Translations under genes and position numbers: made by a program
Assembly: GCA_044224875.1 (NCBI GenBank)
Contig: JBGAJQ010000013.1
Span: 28,119-92,118, forward strand
Source: Gemmatimonadaceae bacterium
Lineage (GTDB): Bacteria; Gemmatimonadota; Gemmatimonadetes; Gemmatimonadales; Gemmatimonadaceae
Reading direction: 5' to 3'
DNA length: 64,000 nucleotides
Notes under the pieces: generated by a model
Told to the model about the DNA's origin: nothing
The model's input: the letters and a program-made list of their open reading frames with translations, nothing else
Databases searched by the model: none
Shown: positions 1 through 11,697 of the stretch, in pieces
Layout of the letters: each line of letters starts with the position of its first letter
Numbering within the stretch: the first letter of the stretch is position 1

Positions 1-1443
1 AGTGAGCCGCCGGTCATGCTCGAAGCCGGAATCGCAGGGACATCCACTGGTCAAGTCGGAACGGTCATGACGCCGGCTGTGAGCTTCCAGGTAAAGGATG
101 CCTCTGGTCGAACCTTGGGAGGCGTGTCGTTCACGATCGCCGTCACGGACGGTGGCGGAAGCCTGCGCAGTAGCCCATCGCGAACCGCCAACGGTCCCAC
201 GGGTGTGGGTGTGTGGACCCTGGGAACGCGCGCCGGCCGCAACGCCCTCACCATAACGGTTGCGAACCTGCCGCCACTCACGATCGAAGTGGTGGCGGCG
301 CCTGGCCCGCCAGTGGCGATCGAAGTCGCTGCGGGGGAAGGGCAGTCGTCCCACGCCGGAGATCATGTCACACAACCCTTGGCGGCACGTGCGGTCGACC
401 AGTACGGCAATGGAGTCGGCGGCGTGTCGATCTCGTTCGACGTCAGCAAGGGCGGGGGTGCGGTTACACAGACACAGGTCCTCACGGACGCCGCTGGCGT
501 CGCTGGCGGGGTCGGATGGACGTTAGGCAGGAAAGGTGGACTGCAGCAGGTACGCGCCAGCGCCCAACTGGGAACGACGCTCGCGACGGCCAATTTCACG
601 GCGTCCATTGAATCGCAGTATGACCCGATCGTGCGTTTCTTTGGGCCGGCGCCAAGCAGTGAGATTGTCGCCAGCTTCACCGCCGCGACCGACCGCCTTC
701 ATGCCTTGGTCATCGGTGACATTCCGGACATCACGCTCACGTCGTTCGATGCGAGTCGCTGCGGCGTTCCGGGCGAAATGCTGAACGAAGTCGTGGACGA
801 CGTGCTCATCTACGCCACCGTGACCGCCATCGACGGACCAGGACGTATCCTCGGATCGGCGGGTCCGTGTGTCATCAGGTCCAACGGCAAGCTGACCGTA
901 CTTGGCGTCATGCGGTTTGACGTCGATGACCTGAACAACCTCGCCAGTTCGGGCCGGCTCGAGCCGGTGATCTTGCACGAGATGTTGCACATCGCTGGCG
1001 TAGGATCCCTGTGGCGGACCTTGAACCTGGTGGACTTCCTCGGCTCCCTGGATCCCCGGTACGTCGGAACGGGTGCCACCGCGAGCTGCAACGCTGCCAA
1101 TGGCCTGGCGGTGTGCGGTCCCAGCGTGCCGATTGAAAACGTCGGCGGCGGCGGGACGGTCGAGGTGCATTGGCGCGAGGCCACCTTCGACGCCGAGTTG
1201 ATGACGGGGTTTGCCGAGGCAGCGGGCGTGGAGATGCCACTGAGCGCGATCACCGCCTCGTCCCTGCAAGACTACGGGTATACCGTGAACCTGCTGGACG
1301 CGGATCCCTTCCGCTTGCCCACGGAGGCGCAGCGCCTGCGCCGACCAGTGACCCCAGACGACACCAGCGCGTGGGAACAGCTGCGGCCGGCGAGTTTTGA
1401 CGTAACCCGCGCGGGGTGGGTGCGCACGCTGCGGATCCCGTAA
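1..1443 (+). CDS. Ig-like (Big) domain protein with C-terminal leishmanolysin/M8-like zinc metalloprotease; probably 5'-truncated
   Basis: Two Ig-like repeats (V.D..G..VGGVSISF.V..GGG.....T...G.A...WTLG). HEMLH zinc motif, downstream HWRE and ELMTG Met-turn. Frame is open from base 1, so the start may lie upstream of the window. Confidence 0.8.
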   Translation, partial: SEPPVMLEAGIAGTSTGQVGTVMTPAVSFQVKDASGRTLGGVSFTIAVTDGGGSLRSSPSRTANGPTGVGVWTLGTRAGRNALTITVANLPPLTIEVVAAPGPPVAIEVAAGEGQSSHAGDHVTQPLAARAVDQYGNGVGGVSISFDVSKGGGAVTQTQVLTDAAGVAGGVGWTLGRKGGLQQVRASAQLGTTLATANFTASIESQYDPIVRFFGPAPSSEIVASFTAATDRLHALVIGDIPDITLTSFDASRCGVPGEMLNEVVDDVLIYATVTAIDGPGRILGSAGPCVIRSNGKLTVLGVMRFDVDDLNNLASSGRLEPVILHEMLHIAGVGSLWRTLNLVDFLGSLDPRYVGTGATASCNAANGLAVCGPSVPIENVGGGGTVEVHWREATFDAELMTGFAEAAGVEMPLSAITASSLQDYGYTVNLLDADPFRLPTEAQRLRRPVTPDDTSAWEQLRPASFDVTRAGWVRTLRIP

Positions 1444-1768
1444 GCGGCTCAGGGCCGGGCGGTTCCCCCCCAAGCGTGCTCGCCGAGGTGCGCACGCGCC
1501 AAAGCAAGTGAGATTCCTTTCACGGCTGGCAGCGCCCGTCGGGCGTCATCGCAACAAATACGCGGCCCGCGTGCGGCATTTCAGCGCACCGCAGAATGCT
1601 GCCTAGCACCACTTGATTTGTTGTCCAGCTATTTCAGAGACCGTTGCGCTGCAGCGCAATGCTCGGGGCGCCGACACTCATATGAACGACGCTGCGTCGT
1701 GACAGACTGGATTGCCGCGGCGTCAACTGCGCGATCCCCTTTGTCGAAACGACGGAATCCTGACTTCC

Positions 1769-3742
1769 ATGCGAAAGATTCGTCGCGGCGTCACCAGGTA
1801 TTGGCTGGCCGTCCTGGTGGTGTTCGCCTCTTCAGTTGGGCGCGCGCAAGAAAAGAAGACCACGACCGACGAAGCACTCCTGCTCGGTGACATCCCGTCG
1901 GTGTTCGGCGCTTCGCGATTTGACCAGACCGTCACCGAAGCGCCCGCGTCTGTCACGGTGATAACCGCCGACGAGATCGCCGCCTATGGCTGGCGAACGT
2001 TGAGCGATCTGCTGAGAACCGTGCGCGGCTTCTACGTCACGAACGACCGCGCCTACTCCTACGTCGGCACCCGTGGCTTCTCCCGTCCCGGCGACTACAA
2101 CACACGCGTGTTGCTCCTGCTCGACGGGGTGCGCCTCAACGAAAACATCTTCGACGGAGGTTACGTCGGCCTCGAAGGGTTGGTTGATCTGGCGGCGGTG
2201 GAACGCGTCGAAGTCATCCGCGGCCCCGCGTCCTCGTTGTACGGAACCAATGCCTTCTTCGGCATTGTGAATGTCGTCACCGTGCGCGGGCGCGCGAGGA
2301 GTGGCATGCAGGTCGGTGGTGAACTCGGTAGCTTCGGCACTCGCGAAGGGCTGATCTCGGCCGGAGGGCGTGATCGCCATGGCGTAGAATACTACGCCAC
2401 CGCGAGTCGACGGCGCGTCGGTGGACAGGATCTCTACTTCCAGGAGTTCGACACGCCGGCGACCAACCACGGTCTCGCGGTCGGGCGCGACGATGAGCAC
2501 CGTGATCGATTCTTTGGCAAAGTGGAGTGGGGAAGCCTGGCACTCGAAGGCACGATCAATCAACGAACGAAAGTCGTCCCGACCGCGTCCTACGGAACGC
2601 GATTCGATAGCGGGCGTTTGGCCTTTCGCGATTTCTCACGCAACCTGGTCCTGCGCTATCAGAATGCCACCAGTGAAGTGGGCGGCATCAGTGCATCCGC
2701 GGCTGTGTATCGCTACGACTACGACGGCACGTATCCGTACGACAGCTCCACCACGCTGGACTGGGCACACGGCCGCTGGGGTGTGGTCGACATGCAATAC
2801 ACACGCCGATTGGGACAACATCGGTTGGTGGTTGGAGGTGCGTACACTCGTAACTGGCGTCAAGAACAGGGGCTGCTGGACGATGTCGGCGCCGCGCCGA
2901 CGTTTGTCGACAACACCACGAGTGACATGCGAGCGCTGTACGCTTTGGGCGAGGTTCGGTTGTCATCACGGTTGTTGTTCAACGGCGGCCTCCGCTACGA
3001 CCACGCCTCGTCATTTGGGAGCGACTGGAATCCACGCGCCGGACTGATCTATCAGTTAGGCACAGGCTCGGCGGTCAAGTTGCTCTATGGCAGCGCGTTC
3101 CGCGCGCCGAACAACTTCGAGCGTCTCTACGGCGACGATCGAACACAGAAACCGAACACCGCCCTGGCACCCGAACATATTCGCACGTACGAGCTCCTGG
3201 TCGAGAAGCTGCTGAATCGGCACGTGAAGTGGAGCATCTCGGCCTACCAGTATCAGGCGCGACAACTCATCGACTTGGCGTTGGATCCTGTCGACAGCCT
3301 CCTTCAGTTCAACAATCTCGGGCGCGCGAACGGCCGAGGGGTCGAAAGCGAGGTCGAGCTGGACTTCGGTACCGCCACAGCGCGCATGAGCTATGCGTTG
3401 CAGGTCGCCACGGATCCTGACGGTGCCACGCTGTCGAACTCACCCCGACACCTGGGCGCGTTCAACATCTCGACGCCCGTCGCGCGCGACCACGCTCGGG
3501 TGGCCCTGCAAGTACGCGGCATGAGTTCGCGCCTGACCCCGCAAGGGGACGCCGTCAGTGGCAACATCGTAGCGGACGCCGTGCTCACGACGCGGCGCCG
3601 CAGTCGCGGTCCGGAGATCACTGCCGGCATCTACAATGTCACGAATCAACGCTACAGCGATCCCGTGGGCGAGGAGCATCTGCAACGCGCTATCCAGCAG
3701 GATGGCCGCACCATGCGCCTAACGGTGGTCTACGGATTCTGA
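1769..3742 (+). CDS. TonB-dependent outer membrane receptor
   Basis: Signal peptide after ATG 1769. Plug motifs (APASVTVITADEI; VERVEVIRGPASSLYG), beta-barrel body and C-terminal Phe. Confidence 0.9.
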   Translation: MRKIRRGVTRYWLAVLVVFASSVGRAQEKKTTTDEALLLGDIPSVFGASRFDQTVTEAPASVTVITADEIAAYGWRTLSDLLRTVRGFYVTNDRAYSYVGTRGFSRPGDYNTRVLLLLDGVRLNENIFDGGYVGLEGLVDLAAVERVEVIRGPASSLYGTNAFFGIVNVVTVRGRARSGMQVGGELGSFGTREGLISAGGRDRHGVEYYATASRRRVGGQDLYFQEFDTPATNHGLAVGRDDEHRDRFFGKVEWGSLALEGTINQRTKVVPTASYGTRFDSGRLAFRDFSRNLVLRYQNATSEVGGISASAAVYRYDYDGTYPYDSSTTLDWAHGRWGVVDMQYTRRLGQHRLVVGGAYTRNWRQEQGLLDDVGAAPTFVDNTTSDMRALYALGEVRLSSRLLFNGGLRYDHASSFGSDWNPRAGLIYQLGTGSAVKLLYGSAFRAPNNFERLYGDDRTQKPNTALAPEHIRTYELLVEKLLNRHVKWSISAYQYQARQLIDLALDPVDSLLQFNNLGRANGRGVESEVELDFGTATARMSYALQVATDPDGATLSNSPRHLGAFNISTPVARDHARVALQVRGMSSRLTPQGDAVSGNIVADAVLTTRRRSRGPEITAGIYNVTNQRYSDPVGEEHLQRAIQQDGRTMRLTVVYGF

Positions 3743-3743
3743 C

Positions 3744-4676
3744 GTGCCCCGCGCCACCGTCATCGCCGCCAGTTGCCTGGTTACCGCGCTCTCGGCCCCG
3801 ACCGTTGGGGGCCAGCCCGAGCGCGTCCACGATGCGGTCCGGGTCGTGGTGTTGCAGGGCGCTCCAGCGACGGCGGCGCGTGATCTTCTCGAAGGATTTC
3901 GCAAGCGTTTCGACCAGTTGGGACGACGCGTTGACCTCACGGTGGTGGACGTAGCCAGCGACGGAACTGCTCGCGTTGGAGCGCCAGCGCCCGCCGACTT
4001 GGTGGTGGCGTTGGGCTCTCGTGCAACGGCGGTCGCTGGATCGGAGTATCGTGGAAAACCAGTGATCGCGGCGTTGCTTGCACGCCAGCCGTCGACGCCC
4101 GACGCCAGCGTGACGGCATCCGTGGTCCTGGAATTTCCGATCGACGTGGAACTGGAGTGGATGAGGCGCATTCTTCCGAACGCACGGCGCGTCGGTGTGT
4201 TGTACAGCACGGAAGAAAACGCACGCCTCGTGTCGCGAGCGAAGGATGTGGCGAAGGGACTTGGCTTCGAGATTGTCGCACGACGGGTCGTGGCGCCCTC
4301 GGAGATTCCGGGTGCGCTGACAAGCCTGGCGGGAAGCGCCGATGTGTTGTGGGGCGTACCGGACGAAGTCGTACTGGCACCAGAGACCGCGAAGGCGGTC
4401 CTGCTCGCCTCCCTTCGCAATCGCGTACCCTTCGTTGGCCTGTCGGCGCAGTGGGTACGTGTAGGTGCGGTATATGCCCTGGATCGCGACTATGCTGACC
4501 TTGGCGCGCAGACCGCTGATCTCGCGCTCCATGTGCTGGACGGTCCCGCCCTCAAACCCAACGATGCAGTCCGTCCTCGCAAGGTTCTCTATTCGCTGAA
4601 CGTCCGCAGCGCCGACATGATGCGGCTGACGGTGCCACCTGACGTGATACGCGGCGCAAACGAGGTCGTGCGATGA
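3744..4676 (+). CDS. Periplasmic ABC-type substrate-binding-fold protein, likely a sensor accessory
   Basis: Signal peptide; [30 protein letters not shown] and YSLN motifs typical of the ABC_sub_bind family. No permease or ATPase nearby. Confidence 0.75.
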   Translation: MPRATVIAASCLVTALSAPTVGGQPERVHDAVRVVVLQGAPATAARDLLEGFRKRFDQLGRRVDLTVVDVASDGTARVGAPAPADLVVALGSRATAVAGSEYRGKPVIAALLARQPSTPDASVTASVVLEFPIDVELEWMRRILPNARRVGVLYSTEENARLVSRAKDVAKGLGFEIVARRVVAPSEIPGALTSLAGSADVLWGVPDEVVLAPETAKAVLLASLRNRVPFVGLSAQWVRVGAVYALDRDYADLGAQTADLALHVLDGPALKPNDAVRPRKVLYSLNVRSADMMRLTVPPDVIRGANEVVR

Positions 4677-7561
4677 CGCGGCCATCCCTGCTCCAGCGAT
4701 TGCGAAAGCCCACTCTGGCCGTCAAGGTTTCCGTGCTCGTTTTCGGCGCCGTGTTCCTGACAACGGCAGGCAGTGCATTTGTTCTGTTGCGTCGCGAAGG
4801 GCGCCAGGCCAAGCAAGACCTGGAAGTGCGAGGTGTCGCCATCTCCCAGCTGATCGCCGCCAACAGCGAGTTTGCGATCTACACGGGCAATACAGACGCC
4901 TTGCGCCCCCTCATCAAGCGTCTGGACGACATGGAGGACGTCGCGTACTTGCGAGTCGTCGGCGCAAAGGGCGACCTCGTCGTGGACGAGCGACTCGGTA
5001 CGGGGTTTGCCAAGGCGGTCCTGCCTCCCCTGCCGGATGCCCTTGGACCGAATGCCCTGGCCCCACGATACCTCTCCGTGGCAGGCGATCCCGTCGTGGA
5101 ACTCATTGTTCCCGTAGTGACGGATCATGACGCGTTAGGCAGCGATCCCCTGGCGCCCGAGGCTCCTAGTGCTGCTGGACCGCTCGGGTACGTACAGCTC
5201 GGCGTCACATTGCGACCCACGCTGATCCGCCAGCAGCAAGCGCTGACTCAGGTGGCGATGGCCACGCTCCTGCTCCTCGCCATCGGATTGCCCATTACAC
5301 TGTTCCTGACGCGCCGCGTGACCGCTCCGGTGCGCGCACTGGCCAAGGCGGTCGAGGCAATCGGCGAAGGGAAGTTCGAACCTCTCCGCAAGGTGGAGAC
5401 CGGAGACGAGATCGGCCGCCTTTCCGCCGCCTTCAATCTCATGGTCGGCAAGCTTCGAGTCTCGTGGCGCGAACTCGAAGAGCATCAACGCACGCTCGAG
5501 GATAAGGTGGCAAGCCGCACGATGGCGCTGGAGGCCGCGCGACAGTCGGCGCAGGCAAACGCTGAACGTGCCGAGGAAGCGAGCCGAGCCAAGTCACAGT
5601 TCCTCGCCAACATGAGCCATGAGATCCGCACACCCATGAACGGTGTCATGGGCATGCTGGAGCTGCTCGGGGCGAGCGCGCTCGATCCGCGACAGCGCCG
5701 GTTCGCGGATACCGCATATCGGTCCGCCGAGGCATTGCTCGAGCTGATCAACGACATCCTCGACTTCTCGAAGATCGAGGCGGGTCACCTGGAGTTGCAT
5801 CGTGGTGATTTCGAGCTGCGGCAGACAGTGGAAGATGTGTGTGAGATGCTGGCCCCGCGTGCACACCAGAAAGGCCTCGACCTCGTGGCCCGAATTGCGC
5901 CGGACGTTCACGGCAATGTGAACGGCGACGTCATGCGGGTTCGGCAGGTGCTGGTGAACCTCATCGGGAACGCCATCAAGTTCACCGCCAATGGTTCGGT
6001 ACAGCTGCGACTGACCGTGGATGCGCACGACGAAACGACCCAACGGGTGCGCTTCGAAGTGCAAGACACGGGCATTGGCATCTCCGAGGGCGTCGCTGCT
6101 CGCCTTTTCCAACCCTTTGTTCAAGCTGACACGTCTACGACGCGGGTCTTCGGCGGCACTGGACTCGGGTTGGCCATCGCCAAGCAGCTGGTGGAACTCA
6201 TGGGGGGACAGATTGCCCTCGCGTCACAGGAAGGCATGGGATCCACCTTCAGCTTCACCGTGCCATTTGCCATGCGTCCGCTCGACGCCAGGGCCCCCAT
6301 GCCACCCGAGCAAGCGTTGCTCGGCCGGCGCATCCTGGTCATCGACGACAACGCGACCAACCGCGAGGTCTTGCGCGAACAACTCAACGGCTGGGGCGCC
6401 GCGGTCGACGAGGCAGAGGGCGGAGCTGACGGGTTGGAGCATCTGCGCGTCCTGCACGCGTCGCGCCCCTACGACCTCATGGTGCTCGACTTCACCATGC
6501 CGAACATGGACGGCGGCGAGGTCGCCCGCAACGTGCGCGCGAATCCGGCGTGGAACGCCCTTCCCATTCTCCTTCTCAGTTCGGTCGGCGGCACATCGCA
6601 CGCGAAGGAGTCCTCGGCGCCAGTGGACGCGATCCTGACGAAGCCCGTCCGTCAGCGTGAACTCGCCGAGCGATTGACGTCGATGCTCAAGGCCATGCAC
6701 GAGGGGCGAACGCCTGGAACGCGGGTCGACGGCAGCGAGGCGCCGTTGAACGCACAGACCGCGATGTCGGGACGGTTGGCAGGCATGCGCATCCTGCTCG
6801 CGGAAGACAATCCAGTGAATCAACGAGTGGCGGTGGGATTCCTCGAAGGGTTTGGTTGCACCGTGGTGGTCGTCTCCTCCGGCATTGAAGCCGTGCGGCA
6901 CGCGGGATCCGGACTCTTCGACATCATTTTGATGGACTGCATGATGCCGGAGATGGACGGATACGAAGCCACGCAGGAGATCCGGCGGCGTGAGTCCGCC
7001 GGGACGCTCCGGACACCGATCGTTGCACTGACGGCGTCGGCACTAAGCGGTGAGCGCGAGCGGTGCTTGGCGGTGGGCATGGATGACTACCTCTCCAAGC
7101 CGTTTCGATTGGACGAACTCCTCACGGTCATCAGCCGATGGGCACACGTACCCTCCGATCGCGGCCAGCGTCCCGTCGCTCCAACACATTCGGAACCCCC
7201 GACACCGGCGACACGTGCCTCGGCACTCGACCTCAGTGCCCTCGAGAACATTCGAACTGTTCCTGGCGGCGCGCGAATTCTGCGCGAGTCCATTGGGGCA
7301 TACCGGCGCTCGGCGCCGCGGCAACTAACCTCACTTCGAGAGGCCATTGATGCCGATCGGCGCGATGAGATCCAGCGTATCGCGCACACGTTGAAGTCGT
7401 CGAGCCTGATGCTGGGACTGGCGCAACTGGGTGCGATCCTTCGTCGAGTCGAGCAACAGGCCCTGGAGCTCGATCACCAAGAGCTGCAACGACTGTGCGT
7501 GGAAGCGGAAGCCACGTACGATGCCGGTGAGCAGGAGCTGGCCCTCCATGTCGCTGAATAG
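4673..7561 (+). CDS. Hybrid sensor histidine kinase (TM-periplasmic-TM-HAMP-HisKA-HATPase-REC-REC-HPt)
   Basis: [16 protein letters not shown]-box, [22 protein letters not shown], two receiver domains, AHTLKSSS HPt motif. ATGA overlap with the upstream gene. Confidence 0.95.
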   Translation: MTRPSLLQRLRKPTLAVKVSVLVFGAVFLTTAGSAFVLLRREGRQAKQDLEVRGVAISQLIAANSEFAIYTGNTDALRPLIKRLDDMEDVAYLRVVGAKGDLVVDERLGTGFAKAVLPPLPDALGPNALAPRYLSVAGDPVVELIVPVVTDHDALGSDPLAPEAPSAAGPLGYVQLGVTLRPTLIRQQQALTQVAMATLLLLAIGLPITLFLTRRVTAPVRALAKAVEAIGEGKFEPLRKVETGDEIGRLSAAFNLMVGKLRVSWRELEEHQRTLEDKVASRTMALEAARQSAQANAERAEEASRAKSQFLANMSHEIRTPMNGVMGMLELLGASALDPRQRRFADTAYRSAEALLELINDILDFSKIEAGHLELHRGDFELRQTVEDVCEMLAPRAHQKGLDLVARIAPDVHGNVNGDVMRVRQVLVNLIGNAIKFTANGSVQLRLTVDAHDETTQRVRFEVQDTGIGISEGVAARLFQPFVQADTSTTRVFGGTGLGLAIAKQLVELMGGQIALASQEGMGSTFSFTVPFAMRPLDARAPMPPEQALLGRRILVIDDNATNREVLREQLNGWGAAVDEAEGGADGLEHLRVLHASRPYDLMVLDFTMPNMDGGEVARNVRANPAWNALPILLLSSVGGTSHAKESSAPVDAILTKPVRQRELAERLTSMLKAMHEGRTPGTRVDGSEAPLNAQTAMSGRLAGMRILLAEDNPVNQRVAVGFLEGFGCTVVVVSSGIEAVRHAGSGLFDIILMDCMMPEMDGYEATQEIRRRESAGTLRTPIVALTASALSGERERCLAVGMDDYLSKPFRLDELLTVISRWAHVPSDRGQRPVAPTHSEPPTPATRASALDLSALENIRTVPGGARILRESIGAYRRSAPRQLTSLREAIDADRRDEIQRIAHTLKSSSLMLGLAQLGAILRRVEQQALELDHQELQRLCVEAEATYDAGEQELALHVAE

Positions 7562-9701
7562 GGCCATGCGGCGGCAGCCGCTCATACTCGTGGCGGACGA
7601 CGACCTCGTCATGCGGAGCACGATGAGCGCCGTGCTCCGCGAGGCCGGCTTCCTGATTGTTGAAGCTGAAGATGGGTTGCAGGCGCTGGAAGTCGCGACC
7701 ACGCAGCGTCCCGACATGATCGTGTTGGACCTGGTCATGCCAGGCCTCGACGGATTCCAGGTCTGCGAACGCATTCGCGCCGATCCCGAGTTGTCGGAAC
7801 TACCGATCCTCGTCCTCACGGGTCGCGAGGATACACTCGCCATTCGACGCGCGTTCGAGATCGGAGCCACGGACTTCGCAACCAAGCCACTCAGTGCTCC
7901 CCTGCTGAGCCACCGCGCGCGCTTCATGCTCCGTTCCGTCGACGTCATGCGGGAGCTTCGTGAGTCGGAAAGCCGGCTTGCCGACGCCCAGCGCCTCGCG
8001 CGCCTCGGCAACTGGGAATGGGACGTTGCATCCGGCGCGGTCGTCGGGTCCCCCGAGGCTTTCGCCGTCCTCGGGCTGGATCAACGCGTGGGCACGTGCC
8101 GCGTGGACGACCTGCGCGGACTCGTGCCAGAATCGGACATTACACGAATACAGGACGCCTTCGACGCGTTGCTCAAGGGAACCGCCACCCTGGATGTGAC
8201 GATGCGCGTCGTGCTTGCGGACAAACGCGAGCGACACGTTCACTTGTTAGGTCAAGTCGTCCGGCGTCGCGGGTGGAACAGCGTTCGTGTCGCTGGCACC
8301 ATTCAGGATATCACCGAACGTACCCGTGCCGAGGACCGCATCAAGAGTCTGGCCTATTACGATGGCCTCACCGGTCTTCCCAATCGGCAGCTCTTCACGG
8401 AAAAGGCGCGCATGGCGATGGCGATGGCGCGGCGCGGGCATCACAAGCTCGCCCTGCTGCTCGTCGACCTCGACAACTTCAAGGGAATCAACGACACACT
8501 GGGGCACAGTGCTGGCGACAAGGTGCTTCACGAAGTTGGAGCGCGTCTTCGAGAGGTCGTTCGTGACTATGACAGCGTCGCGCGAGACGCGCAGCACGAC
8601 GACTTCTGTCCCGTCGCCCGAATGGGTGGAGATGAGTTCCTCGTCGCCGTGGGAGATCTCGCGTCGGGTGAGCACGCGGCACTCGTCGCTGCTCGACTGT
8701 TGGAGTCACTGCGCGCGCCACTGACCGTGGATTCCAATGAACTGTTCATTGGCGCCAGCATCGGAATCAGCGTCTTTCCGGACGACGGCGACGATTTCGA
8801 AGAGATCTTCAAGAACGCGGACGTGGCGCTCTACCACGCCAAGGATGCTGGGCGCAACACGTCCGAGTTCTTCAGCCCGTCCATGAACGAAGTGGCCATG
8901 TACCGGCTGCTGATCGAGACGAGTCTTCGTCGAAGTCTGGAGCGGAACGAGCTTTCCATTCACTACCAGCCGCAGATCGATCTCTCGAATGATCGCATCG
9001 TTGGAGCTGAGGCCCTGCTGCGCTGGACGCATCCCGACGTAGGGGCCGTCAGCCCCGCGCAGTTCATTCCACTGGCCGAACGCATCGGGATGATTGCTCC
9101 ACTCACCGAGTTTGTCTTTCATGGTGCCTGCGAGCAACTGCGGGCGTGGCAACTCGCCGGGGCCAATGATGTGCGAATCGCCATCAACCTATCGAGTCAA
9201 TTGCTCCGCCAGGGCGACGTGCTGGAGTCGCTGAGTCGCATTCCCACGGCACGCGGCATCGACCCGTCCTGCATTGAACTCGAGGTGACCGAAACAGCGC
9301 TTCTCGAGAGTCCGGCTGAGGCTGAGCAGATGCTCTCGATGCTCCGGCGCCGCGGCTTTCGGATTGCACTCGATGATTTTGGCGTGGGATTCTCGTCACT
9401 CAGTCACTTGCGTCGGTTCTCGCTCGACACGCTCAAGATCGATCGCTCCTTCATTCGCGATATCGTGAGTGGCGCACGGGAGCTGGAAATCGTCGCCGCA
9501 GTGATCGATCTCGCACATCGGCTTGGGATTGATCCCGTGGCCGAGGGTGTGGAAGAGGCGATCCAGCGCGACGTCCTCCTCTCGAAGGGATGCTCTCTGA
9601 TGCAGGGCTACCTCATTGGCCGGCCGATGCCGGCGGACGACCTCCTTCGCCGGCTCACGAAGAACCAACAGCGCGTGTTGGCCTCGACCGCGCAGCGGTA
9701 G
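7548..9701 (+). CDS. Response regulator with PAS, GGDEF and EAL domains
   Basis: REC (ILVADDD...LDLVMP), LGNWEWD PAS-like segment, [30 protein letters not shown]. Start at 7548 or 7566. Confidence 0.92.
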   Translation: MSLNRAMRRQPLILVADDDLVMRSTMSAVLREAGFLIVEAEDGLQALEVATTQRPDMIVLDLVMPGLDGFQVCERIRADPELSELPILVLTGREDTLAIRRAFEIGATDFATKPLSAPLLSHRARFMLRSVDVMRELRESESRLADAQRLARLGNWEWDVASGAVVGSPEAFAVLGLDQRVGTCRVDDLRGLVPESDITRIQDAFDALLKGTATLDVTMRVVLADKRERHVHLLGQVVRRRGWNSVRVAGTIQDITERTRAEDRIKSLAYYDGLTGLPNRQLFTEKARMAMAMARRGHHKLALLLVDLDNFKGINDTLGHSAGDKVLHEVGARLREVVRDYDSVARDAQHDDFCPVARMGGDEFLVAVGDLASGEHAALVAARLLESLRAPLTVDSNELFIGASIGISVFPDDGDDFEEIFKNADVALYHAKDAGRNTSEFFSPSMNEVAMYRLLIETSLRRSLERNELSIHYQPQIDLSNDRIVGAEALLRWTHPDVGAVSPAQFIPLAERIGMIAPLTEFVFHGACEQLRAWQLAGANDVRIAINLSSQLLRQGDVLESLSRIPTARGIDPSCIELEVTETALLESPAEAEQMLSMLRRRGFRIALDDFGVGFSSLSHLRRFSLDTLKIDRSFIRDIVSGARELEIVAAVIDLAHRLGIDPVAEGVEEAIQRDVLLSKGCSLMQGYLIGRPMPADDLLRRLTKNQQRVLASTAQR

Positions 9702-9730
9702 CGCGACGCGGCCACTCCGAAGACGCCGCG

Positions 9731-9769
9731 AAAGCAAAACGTCCCCCCGGCCATCGATCGGGAGGACGT
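9731..9769 (-). terminator. Rho-independent terminator for the PAS/MCP genes
   Basis: Minus strand reads ACGTCCTCCCG-loop-CGGGGGGACGT followed by TTTGCTTT; lies between convergent genes. Confidence 0.65.
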
Positions 9770-9875
9770 CCTCATGCCATCTCGTGCTCCGTGCATGTTG
9801 CGGCTGGAGAAGCTGTCGGCACGCAGGGCCTCCGTTCTCTCGCCCGACCGGCCATGTCGTACGGGACTGGGTCTG

Positions 9876-11117
9876 CTACTGACCGCCAGAGCGGATCACC
9901 GCCAGGAACCGATCGACCTCACTGCGCAACAGCTCGGCCATTCTCGAGAGCTCATCGGCGGCACCCAGCATCTGACCTGCCGAGTCGCTGGTCTCGCGCA
10001 CGGCATTGGAAACCGTGGAGATGCCTTCCGTCACCTGGCGGGTGCCTAACGCCGCCTCCTGGATGTTGCGGTTGATCTCGTCGTTGGCGGCGCGCTGCCC
10101 CATCACCGCTTCCGACACCGATGCCGACAGGTCGTGCACGCGACGCACCGTGCCGCCAATTCCCTCGATCGCCGACACCGCATTCTCTGTGGCCGTCTGG
10201 ATCGCCTGCACCTGATCCTGGATTTCACGCGTGGCGTCACCCGTCTTGGTGGCGAGGTTCTTCACCTCGGCAGCCACCACGGCGAACCCGCGACCAACTT
10301 CGCCGGCGCGCGCTGCTTCGATGGCGGCGTTCAACGCCAGCAGGCGAGTCTGGCTGGAGATATCGTTGATGAGCTTGACCACCCGCGAGATCTGCCCAGA
10401 CGCCTCAGACAACCCAAACACCGTCTCGTTCGTGCGTTCGGCGGCCGATACGGCGTCCTGCGAAATCGACTTCGTCTCCATCGCCTGGCGCTCGATCTCA
10501 CCCACGGTCGCCGTAATCTCCTCTGCCGCCGCCGCGACCGATTCCATCCCGCGGCTGGCCTCTTCGGCCGCCGCCGCCACCGTCGTGCTGTGAAGACTCG
10601 TGTGGTCCGCCGTACCTGAAAGCGACTGTGCCGTGGCTCGGGCTTCCGTCGCGGCCGCCGCTACGTTGTCCACTACGACCTTGATGGCCGCCTCGAATTC
10701 ATCTGCCAGCCGCAAACGCGCCGACTCCGCCGCCTGCAGCTTCCGCGTGCCTTGCTCCATCTGCTCCGTGGCGCCGTTGATCAGCGAGGCCGCGTTCCGG
10801 TAGGTGCCCAGCAAGCCGCGCAACAACACCCGGCGATAGAACTTCCCCTCCGAGGCGTGTTGCAGTGAAGCGCTCGACTCGCGCACGAAGGCGTCCGACA
10901 GGTCGAGCAAGTGATTGATGGCCTGGACGAGATCGCCTAACGGCCCCTCGTGGCTGATGCCAAGTATGCGAGGCTCCAGATTGCCGGCCGCCGCTTCGCG
11001 CGCGACCTCGCAGATCGTTGCGATGCCCCGGCGGTATTCTTCGAGCTCGGCCTGCAGAGCTTCGACATCGGCGGCGTTCCACTTTGGACGCCGAGCGGCT
11101 GTGGCGAATGTTCCCAT
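9876..11117 (-). CDS. Soluble methyl-accepting chemotaxis protein
   Basis: QTRLLALNAAIEAARAGEVGRGFAVVAAEVKNLA hairpin tip. N-terminal HAMP-like helices, no transmembrane segment. Start placed at ATG 11117. Confidence 0.9.
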   Translation of the reverse strand: MGTFATAARRPKWNAADVEALQAELEEYRRGIATICEVAREAAAGNLEPRILGISHEGPLGDLVQAINHLLDLSDAFVRESSASLQHASEGKFYRRVLLRGLLGTYRNAASLINGATEQMEQGTRKLQAAESARLRLADEFEAAIKVVVDNVAAAATEARATAQSLSGTADHTSLHSTTVAAAAEEASRGMESVAAAAEEITATVGEIERQAMETKSISQDAVSAAERTNETVFGLSEASGQISRVVKLINDISSQTRLLALNAAIEAARAGEVGRGFAVVAAEVKNLATKTGDATREIQDQVQAIQTATENAVSAIEGIGGTVRRVHDLSASVSEAVMGQRAANDEINRNIQEAALGTRQVTEGISTVSNAVRETSDSAGQMLGAADELSRMAELLRSEVDRFLAVIRSGGQ

Positions 11118-11166
11118 GATGCGCGGTGAGGTAAGCCGGCGATGCCGGTTTCTGTGGGAGTTTCGA

Positions 11167-11697
11167 CTAAAGGGTCCAGACCCACTCGTCGTAGCTCTTG
11201 CCGGCGGACTGTAGCGTCGCGACCAGCAGCTCAAACGAGGACTGCAGCCCCATGGCCCGATCCGCGTGCCGGCGCTCTTCGGCGACCAGCGCCGCGTACA
11301 CCGGTTCAACCTTGGCGACCTTGGAACGCTCAGGCACACGACGGTTGGAGTGGAAGCCGACGATTTCACCGTCGCGGCCGTACGATGGGGTCACATGCGC
11401 CAGAACCCAGTAATTGTCGCCGCTCTTGGCCATGTTGTTGACGTAGGCGAACACCTCGTGCCCAGCGAACAGGCGGTCCCAGAGGAACTTGAAGACCGCT
11501 CGGGGCATGGACGGATGCCGGATCAGGCTGTGTGGCGCGCCGAGGAGCTCTTCTTCGGTGTATCCGGAGACCTTGATGAACACGTGGTTTGCGTACGTGA
11601 TCTTCCCTTTCAGGTCGGTCTTGCTGACAATGATTTCATCCTCGGCGAAATGGCGCTCACGCCCCGAGGGCTGTATTTGTGTTCGGGCCACAGACAT
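11167..11697 (-). CDS. Stand-alone Aer-type PAS sensor protein
   Basis: IVSKTDLKGKITYAN...GAPHSLIRHPSMPRAVF..LW...YVNNMAKSGDNYWV..VTP...S.RR, resembling the FAD-binding PAS domain of Aer. Confidence 0.88.
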   Translation of the reverse strand: MSVARTQIQPSGRERHFAEDEIIVSKTDLKGKITYANHVFIKVSGYTEEELLGAPHSLIRHPSMPRAVFKFLWDRLFAGHEVFAYVNNMAKSGDNYWVLAHVTPSYGRDGEIVGFHSNRRVPERSKVAKVEPVYAALVAEERRHADRAMGLQSSFELLVATLQSAGKSYDEWVWTL

